Assembly: GCF_009914755.1 (NCBI RefSeq)
Contig: NC_060930.1
DNA length: 64,000 bases
Reading direction: 5' to 3' (one strand)
From: the human T2T-CHM13v2.0 reference genome, Homo sapiens
Shown here piece after piece: positions 55,901 through 64,000 of this stretch. The stretch's first letter is position 1; every line of letters begins with the position of its first letter. The notes beneath the pieces are model-generated. The model had not been told where the DNA came from, made no database searches, and saw only the letters and a program-made list of their open reading frames with translations. Position numbers and translations under genes: made by a program.

Positions 55901-56556
55901 AAATTAGCATTTTATGGTAACAATTCAATTAGGCTTATAGTTTTCATTGAACTTTAAAACATTTTTATAGTTATATAACAGCAATAAACATAATGGGTTT
56001 ATAACTAGCTTTATATTTGTATATATCAAATATATAATTTAACTGAGACAACATGAGATTTATTTTGCTTTGAAAGGAGTCCATATATAAATCAACTTAT
56101 AAATTTACAAATCTGTTGCATAGAAAATAAATTCCTAACAGGTTCAGTGTCTCTAAATGTGCCTGAGAACATTAGACAAGACCACTGAACTCAAAGTGTA
56201 AAAAATTATATCTAATCTGGGTTTCTTGGTAATTTTTTTTTTCTTTCTTCATCAAAATACAACTCTTCTGTGTTGATATCTGTGCTAACTACCACAGCAA
56301 ATTTATCCTTGCCAGAAAACAAAGAATCTACCTACCTTTCAAAATTTAGTTACTGCATCAGCAAGATTTTTTTAAATGAATACTAGCTATCTTAATTATG
56401 TACCATTGTCTTAGTTCTAAAATAATTTAAAATAATAAAATGTTTTCATGAGAAAAATCAGCAATGAACAAAGTATAAATCTGATATGACTCTGACCTGG
56501 AGAGGTCCAATACTCAAAATTTAATAGTAGAGGAAGATATTTAAATAGACTCATAC

Positions 56557-56689
56557 TTGTGTAGTAATTTGACCCTTAGACCCTGGCAACCACAACACAT
56601 GTAGTAAAAATAGGCTTTCATGGATGTTCCTGTGCATTAATGCTTGCCTCTGCCCAGACATTTAATGGTGCAGCCTTATTTAAAATAGT
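56557..56689 (-). pseudogene. Possible degenerate EGF exon remnant
   Basis: Acceptor tttctgtgtctttaag|; CTIKCLG, TCV-WLPGSKGQ; donor |gtatga. Confidence 0.4.
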
Positions 56690-57141
56690 CTTAAAGACAC
56701 AGAAATAATTCAATAAACAAGAGTCTGGCAAATAGAGTTAGGATATGAAAGTGGTCTTCGGCTATATCTGGGTAACAACCACGAAGATCAATAAAGCCGG
56801 GATATAAAATGCTAGAAACTGACACACTGAGTCAACTTAATTCTGTAACAATAAAAAGATGAGTTCAGCTATATGAACTTTGAAAAAAATCAAACTCTTG
56901 GAATAAACTAACTACTCTGTAAACAGAATATAATAATATGGCTTTTTAAGTGGGCGTTACATTTACGATGAAAGAAAATAATGAAAAACTAAGGCACATT
57001 GAAAAGTAAAAGAGATTAAAATACACAAATTTCAGAAAAACTAGATAAAAGTTTGAGAAGTAAATAAAAATGTGAGAAGGAACAAAAATATAAAAACTGA
57101 AAAAAGTGAAATACATGAAGGACAGAGTTTTAAGTAGTGTT

Positions 57142-57600
57142 ACTCACAATAGCAAGGACATAGAATCAACCTACATGCCCATCAACAGCAGATCGATAAA
57201 AGAAAATGTGGTACATATACACCACACCATAGAGTACTATGCAGCCACAAAAAATAATGAAATTATGCCCTTTGCAGAAACATGAGTGGAGCTGGAAGCC
57301 ATGATCCTAAATGACCAAACACAAGAACAGAAAACCAAACACCATACGTTCTCCATATAAGTGGGAGCTAAACGTTGAATACACATGATCATAAAGGTGG
57401 GAACAACAGACAATGGGGATCACTAGATGCAGAATGGAGAAAAGGAGCTGAAGAACCTCTTATTGGGTGCTGTACTTACAGCCTGGGTGATGGGATTTTT
57501 GGGATCCCAAGCCTCAGCATCAAGTAATTTACCCCTATAACATACCTGTGTATGTGTCCTTTAATCTATAATAAATGTTGAAAATGTTGAAATTTTTAAA
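57142..57600 (+). mobile_element. Old L1PA/L1PB 3' end
   Basis: cacaatagcaaggacatagaatcaacc...aagtgggagctaaac...tttaatctataataaa. Confidence 0.88.
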
Positions 57601-58180
57601 AAAGGAAGCAAAAAAATTCATCAAAGAAAATTTTTTAAGAAGTGTGATATACAATATGTAAGCAATATTGCTACCCAAGGTAGAATGCAGAATGAGTGAA
57701 TCAGTATCAATCTGCATAAGACAAATAGAATAATTTTAAAAATTCCCCTGACTTGAAGAAATAAATAACAGAAACGTATGACACCACATATTTTGAATAA
57801 ACACTTAAAACTCCAGAAATAAAAACAGAAGGGAATTAAATTATAAGTTCTCTATATGTCAGTCATTGGAATAAATCTTTTCTACATGGTTTTTAATTAA
57901 ATAAAAGTCATTTTAACTTCTGTGAAAGAAATGAATCAACTGAATTTATAACATATAGCATTCATGAAAAAAGACCATTCCTTGGTTTAATTTTGGCAAT
58001 GACGGCGATGAAAGCAAACTTGACAGCACTTACTATATCATCCTCAGTCAAAGATAAGATCTAAGAAATTTACACTTCACCAAGTTAAAATTAATATGTG
58101 AATCTTACAACACAACAAAATATTTTAGGTTGGCAATTAAAAAAATTACAGGCAATTTTAAAGGGTAGCACAGTCTTTAC

Positions 58181-58401
58181 CTTTTTTGTTTATTTGTGTA
58201 ATGTCATTCAGCATTAAATTTCAATTGGAAAAAATAATTCTAAAATAATTATAAGAGCAAGCCTATGGAATATTCTGCAGGTCATTAAAGGCTGAAATAT
58301 TTAATAAAATAGTTTTCCTTGCAAGTAAGACCTCAGGATAAATACCCTTAAGGTGCAAAGTTATAAAGTTGAGTAATTTTCCCAATTAAAGTCAAACAGA
58401 C
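58181..58401 (-). pseudogene. Degenerate EGF exon remnant
   Basis: ttttgctaag|VCLTLIGKITQLYNFAP*GYLS*GLTCKEN in one frame; donor AAG|gtaaag. Confidence 0.55.
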
Positions 58402-58704
58402 CTTAGCAAAATCATTAACAAACCAGCAACAAGAATGAAGACATTAACTTTTACTATGATTGGCATAAACTTTGAAGCAAAAATAGTATAAAGATAATAA
58501 CAACAAAATATTTTACCAGGTTTTTAAGAGTGACATGATTCTTTTTGATTAAATTTAGAGAACACAAAATAGAACTCAGAACAATAAGTTCAATTTTCTT
58601 CTTTAAATATCAAATAATAATTTTATTATGATTTTACATAAACATACTATGGATTAACCCTTAACCCATGAACAAATCTCATAATTTGACTTGAAAAGCA
58701 CTAC

Positions 58705-58903
58705 CTTCTATCCTAGAATATGAGTTTTCTTTGGTAAGTAAACTATCTAAGGACTGTGTTGATTTGGCACCAGCTCTGACTTCTCATAGTGTAGCGTGGA
58801 GTCCCAGTAGAAACTGCACCTCCCAAGGCATTACCATTGACAGATCTTCAGGGGCTTTTAAACACATTGAATCAGCAATGATAATTTTGGAGATAGATGA
58901 CTC
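58705..58903 (-). pseudogene. Possible degenerate EGF exon remnant
   Basis: MCLK..EDL-VNG, TGTPR..WCQIN; AG and AAG|gtagtg boundaries. Confidence 0.4.
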
Positions 58904-59095
58904 CTATTTAAATACAGTTTGAATAACTTTATAGCAGTAATGAATGCCTATGCTTATCCCTGGGAAATATGCCAGGAAAAGAAGCAGGCATCTTCAGCCT
59001 GAATTCCACTGGCTTCATGCTGTAAAAAAAAAAAAAAATCAGCCAAGCTAGCCTGTGGATAACTTTTCCCTAAAAGGAATATTTATACAGGAGCT

Positions 59096-59480
59096 TGCTA
59101 TGGTTTAGGTGTCCATACCAAAACTCATGTTGGAACCTTAGTGCAGCAATGTTGGGAGGTGGTGCCTGTACACAGTGAATAGACCTTTAAAATAGATTAA
59201 AGTCTTTCTCATGAGACGGGATTTGTTCTCTCGAGAAAAGATTAGTTCTGGGTACAGTGGTTGTCAGAAAGCAAGCTTGCCTCTCCTGTCTGGTCCTTCT
59301 TGCATTCCAGCTTCCACATTCACATCTCTGCCATCCTATGGTGCAGCATGAAACCCTCATCAGAAGCCAAACAGATGCCTATGCCATGCTCTTGGGCTTT
59401 TCAGCCACTTGAAGCATAAGCCAAATAAACCTCTTTTCTAGTCTCTGTTATTCTGTTATAGCAACACTAAATGGACTAAG
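59096..59480 (+). mobile_element. MSTB/MSTC-like solo LTR
   Basis: tgctatggtttaggtgtcc...ctgttatagcaacactaaatggactaag; TSD GAGCT. Confidence 0.85.
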
Positions 59481-59841
59481 AGCTCTTACAGTGCTTGATT
59501 TAACAAATACTAACAGATTGTAAAAATACACATTTTAGGTTTATGTTTACTTATTTTGATAATCAATTTTTTTATTGAACAAAATGTATTTCCATGAATT
59601 GAATCCTGATTTTTAACACTGTATCCATCAGAAATATACGTTCAATTTATGATTAATGACTTAGTCCAGGCAATTATTAGGTTATAACCCTGAGAATCCT
59701 TGTAGCAGTCATTTTAATAATTTTGTTTTATATAATTTCCATTTGTATAAAAAACATGTTTACTATATTTTATCAATCTACAAAAGTACGATAAACAGAA
59801 AGTATGTTCAAAACACAAGATACGAGAAAGAAGGATTTAAA

Positions 59842-59843
<2 letters not shown>

Positions 59844-59877
<34 letters not shown>

Positions 59878-59886
59878 ACACACACA
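59844..59886. repeat. (CA)n microsatellite
   Basis: Interrupted AC run. Confidence 0.9.
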
Positions 59887-60983
59887 TGTCTGATGCATGT
59901 GTATATCAAACAAAAATGGCATGTTAGGCAATGTGTAATAACTAATATCTATGTCGTAATAATAAATAAACATTGTTTGCCTATGCTAAATGTAAGTTAA
60001 TATTCTTGAACTTATATGAAATTAGCTTTTATGTATGTCTTACTAGAGATACACACCAAATAAAAAATACAGTAGATACCAAAATATATAAGTAGGCAAA
60101 ACATGCCCTAGATATTGAACACAGAAAATACGGAAGTGACAGTATTGTATAGAAGGCAGAATATATTAGTGTCTTAAAAAGAAATAATAAAATATAGAAA
60201 TGATAAGTATACTTTACTAGTAAATAACTATATATCAAGATATACATGATAAACCTGTCAGTAATTTAAGATATATGACAGAAATACAGCTCACAAATTT
60301 TAACTTAACATCATCCTAGCACAAATGAGACTGAAAGGAGGTCAAGTATGTGTGTATATTTTTTAATACCTGGGTTCGGTTATTATTTTACAAGTTGAAC
60401 AGATAGTGACTAAATTCTCAAATGACCAATCCATTGGATATATTATATAATCAGAAATAACAAAGGAAAAAAATTCATCTCCTAAAATGTTTAAAACTAT
60501 ACCTTTAAAAAGTGGTTCAAAAATATAGTGATTGATAGAATAATTTGCTTTTATAACTCAAATAAAATTTTTATAACCTATTAAGATCTCAGGAGATAGG
60601 CATAGTAGTAACAGAAATGAATCTCTGGCTAGGAATTATTCTATAAATGTGAAATATTAGCAAATCATTCATTTGGTATAAAATATTTGAGAAAAAGAAT
60701 AAAAACCCACTTTGAGAAAGGAGAAGAGATAAAAAAACAATGATAAAATGAGGGATGATTTAACTGGGAAAGCAAAACATGGGAGTGATATGAATATATG
60801 ATATTTGGAAAATATAAACAATGCCATTTTGTAATTGTTATTTTCTAAGTTGTGCTTATATATATATAAGGTAAAATCTTACTTCAAAACTTAGTATTTA
60901 CATTGCAGAGTGCATTACTAGTGGGATGTTTATAAGCTCTCCTAAATATATATTTACTTACTTGTGGGTAAATAAATACTGAC

Positions 60984-61183
60984 CTGCAGTCAAAAGTATG
61001 TCCAGGCCCATCAACACAGATCCCTCCATTAAGACAGATGACTGAATTAAGTTCAGGCTCAGCACAATTATCAATGCTTTTTTCACAGTATGCACCAGTG
61101 TATCCACGTGGGCAAATGCAAGTAAATCCATGTGCTGACTTCTGACAGAAGCCTTCATTCATACAAGGGATTGATGTGCAGTC
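60984..61183 (-). CDS. EYS: Internal coding exon of EYS (eyes shut homolog), two EGF-like repeats; recalled as exon 22 (200 nt, phase 0 to phase 2)
   Basis: Minus strand: tctatttcttaatctag|GAC TGC ACA TCA ATC CCT TGT ATG...TTT GAC TGC AG|gtcagt. Translates DCTSIPCMNEGFCQKSAHGFTCICPRGYTGAYCEKSIDNCAEPELNSVICLNGGICVDGPGHTFDCR with correct EGF Cys spacing; matches the human EYS protein as I recall it. Confidence 0.95.
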
Positions 61184-61533
61184 CTAGATTAAGAAATAGA
61201 GAATCAAATTTGATTATTAGTATAAGGTTGACCATTTTAATATAATTATATTTTTATTTAAACATAATCTAAAAAACTGATGTGCAAACTTGTTTGACAT
61301 TTCCTTCCTCTGTTAATTGAAATATATGTTTATGACAGTAAGCGGTTTTTTACCTTTTATTACCAGAAAGACTGTCAAATATTTTATTGCTGATTTACCA
61401 AGAAATAAAATCATTATTAATCTTTATAAAAAGATGTATCATGTCAGAGAACTGCCCCTGCCCCCAATAATGGTGCTAAAGCAAATTTCCTCTGCAGATA
61501 ACAGAATTCACTGGCCCTTAGTGTCTACCATAC

Positions 61534-61839
61534 CTCTCAGTTTTCCCAAAACAGCCCCAGTTCAACTCTGCTCTCCTACGGTAATGATTAATAGTACTTC
61601 CATTAAATTTCAAAGGATTTCTGGGTTTGATCACATACTTAGAACAAACATTTCACAATGCATTTATATCCATGTAAAATAGCTAAAACATCTGTAATAG
61701 CTGAAGTTTGAATCCAATCATAATCTTTTAATTACCTACTTTTCCCCATGCATTTGTCCAAATGTATGTCCAGCATTTCTGACACCTGTAGCTGCAGAAG
61801 TGCAAATGTCTTGTAGAGTTAGAGGAATCTGGATAATAC
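61534..61839 (-). pseudogene. Degenerate multi-EGF remnant in the intron upstream of the intact exon
   Basis: ICTS..TGVR, HLDKCMGKS, YYRCFS...MHCEM, NP..NGSTINHYR; donor GAG|gtatgg. Confidence 0.55.
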
Positions 61840-62581
61840 CTGTTACTTTTTAAGCTTAAAAATATTTTAAAATTTCTCATAGTTTTACTTACTTATTCAA
61901 CAAATGGTATTTTATTTATTGTAACTACATGGATGCACAAAATGGTGATAATATCACCCACCTCATATGGTGTGCTATGAGAGTTAAATAAAATAATGGC
62001 ACTGTGTCTTAAACGTCATATGTGATCAGTAAATATTATCTTTCTTTCTTCTCCACTCTGAAGGCCAAGGGCTCAGTCAGCCTCTATTTCAATCTTTTGG
62101 CACTTAATTTGAACAAGAAATATGTTTCTCTGTATATTTAGCTTCTACCATATCATACCATATGCTTTTAAGTTTACAGTTTAGGGTTTATATATATACT
62201 TACAGTGTGGAAAACACATGTCATAGTACCACAAACATGGTATGACATTATTTTTCATAATGTAAACTGAAAAGATTTGCACCCATAATTCTGAGAACTA
62301 ATTTATGGAAAGTTATGACATCATTAGTAAAACTGTTTATTTTCAAGAGTTTTACCTAAAGATAATATCTTAATGAACCTAAACCAACTTGAATCATTTT
62401 GCACTCTAGGTCTTGAGTTCTTACATTCTCAAGGATAATTCCATATGCAAACATAAAATACTTCTTCAGCGTTTTACCTTGAAAAGTGACAATTTTCTAG
62501 AATTATTGTTCATTAATTGACACCTATGCTTACAAATATTTAGTGACTTTTTAAAAAAGTATTAACGACAAAAACTCATAC

Positions 62582-63070
62582 CGACAAGACTATTATGGAA
62601 GCCATTGCATTAATATCATGTATCCACTGGAAAATTAGATGATGTTAAAAATCATCAGAGAGATTAATTAGCGTCATCCACAATTAGAAATGAATTGTGC
62701 ACTTCAGTATAATATTCCAGTCATGCCTGGAACTTAGATAGTGATCTTGTACACCCCCACCCCCTACAAGTGATAGAACTAAGTATGTTTTTATAAACAA
62801 ATCCTTTGATATTTGTTCCACTTTTGCTGAAAATGTGAACTTGTTAAGAAAAACCAAGAGCACATAGTAGACTATCCTGTAGGTATTGCAGTTTTATTTA
62901 TGGAATAGAAATGCAGAATTCCACAGGGAGTGGCATGGAAACATGTTTCTCCCCTAACTCTGTTTCTAGATATGTATAGAATGATTTATTAGAAAACATT
63001 ACATAAACTAATTGAATTGTATCTCCCATGGGAAAATAGGGATAGTTTTTAGACTGCCCAAAGTTCTGTC
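62582..63070 (-). pseudogene. Degenerate multi-EGF remnant in the upstream intron
   Basis: PYF-HGRY, FCIS, CALGFS*Q, ITCRGWGC, VPGMTGILY; donor CG|gtatga. Confidence 0.55.
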
Positions 63071-64000
63071 TCCAGGGTTTCAAGAATCTTTTACTAAATT
63101 AATTAGAAAGCTTAATGGGAAATACAAAGGCAATTTCTTTTTAGAGGAAATCAAATTGTCATTTAAAGTTCTTGATCTTTCCTGGTTTAAAAATTTAAAA
63201 GGATGCCTTTCGTTTTGTTCATCATTTATATTGCTTTGCTATATTCTATTTAATATAATAAAGTGCTTTCCCAAAGAGTTCACTAAAGTAATTTCAGAAA
63301 ATAAAAGATATAAAAGGTTGAGTATTTAGAGAAAGAGATGGAAGCTGGGAGGAATCCTGCAGACCAGGGCAATCTAGACAACAGAGCTTGACCCCAGTGA
63401 TATATTCATTCAACGTGTACTGAAAATATTATGCCAGGAAATGTACAGGAGCATGAAAGGAACAGGGCAGTGATATATTCATTGTGAAATTCTTAGACAG
63501 GGCAAAGTACATACTGGGCTAGTAAATGTGACAGTTATCTCACTGACTCAGTTAGTTGTGTTCTCTCTGAGGGATGTGGTTTAGATCCACAGGGTTGTCC
63601 TGTGATCTCTTAACTGCCTAGAAAAGGAAATTACCCAATGTCATCTTTATCATAACATTTCTCTCATGGCATCACGTTTTATTTTTTAGCATTGGTGTTT
63701 TGGGTAGTGGAATACTTTCCTCAATTAAGATCTTGGAGAAAGGGAAACAGATACAGAGAGAACTACTATTTGAAGAGTGGGAACAGAACACGGTACCTAC
63801 TAAGTCCCTACCATTCCCTCTGCAAAGGCCTATTAACCTTCACAGAATTCCGTGAACTTTGTCCAGTTCTGAATAAAAACTGCTAGTGTAGTCCAGTGTT
63901 TTTAAATGCGTATATTCAAAATCTCATTAATTATATGGGCTTTTACTTTGCAAGCTGCAGGATTGGGCAATCCAAAAGACTGAGAACTTTGATTAGACGT

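Noticed and set aside
60884-60983. C-terminal extension (SVFIYPQV...) and Met start of ORF 60884-61162
   Set aside because: Read-through past the donor at 60984; the Met is internal to a spliced exon.
61317-61682. 121-aa plus-strand ORF
   Set aside because: TTG start and no recognisable domain; it is antisense to an EGF-like remnant.

Overview
AT-rich human/great-ape genomic DNA, almost all intronic. One intact coding exon lies on the minus strand (60984-61183, 200 nt, canonical AG/GT, two EGF-like repeats DCTSIPC...TFDCR). I recognise it as EYS (eyes shut homolog; exon 22 by recalled numbering). About 61 kb of the window is therefore the 5' part of the following intron, and the last ~2.8 kb is the end of the preceding intron. 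Ordinary content is L1, Alu, MaLR/ERV1 LTRs, DNA-transposon fossils and microsatellites. Main observation: the unique sequence between the transposons carries roughly 25 degenerate EGF/cbEGF-coding segments on the EYS strand. They have stops, frameshifts and single-base Cys/Gly decay, and many are still flanked by AG and GT splice-like sites. I interpret them as fossil exons of a formerly much longer EGF array. This was read by eye, so individual segments vary in strength and need alignment to non-mammalian EYS orthologs. Notation: residues in parentheses are consensus residues I restored (codon shown where relevant) and * is a stop. Transposon subfamily names and boundaries are approximate.
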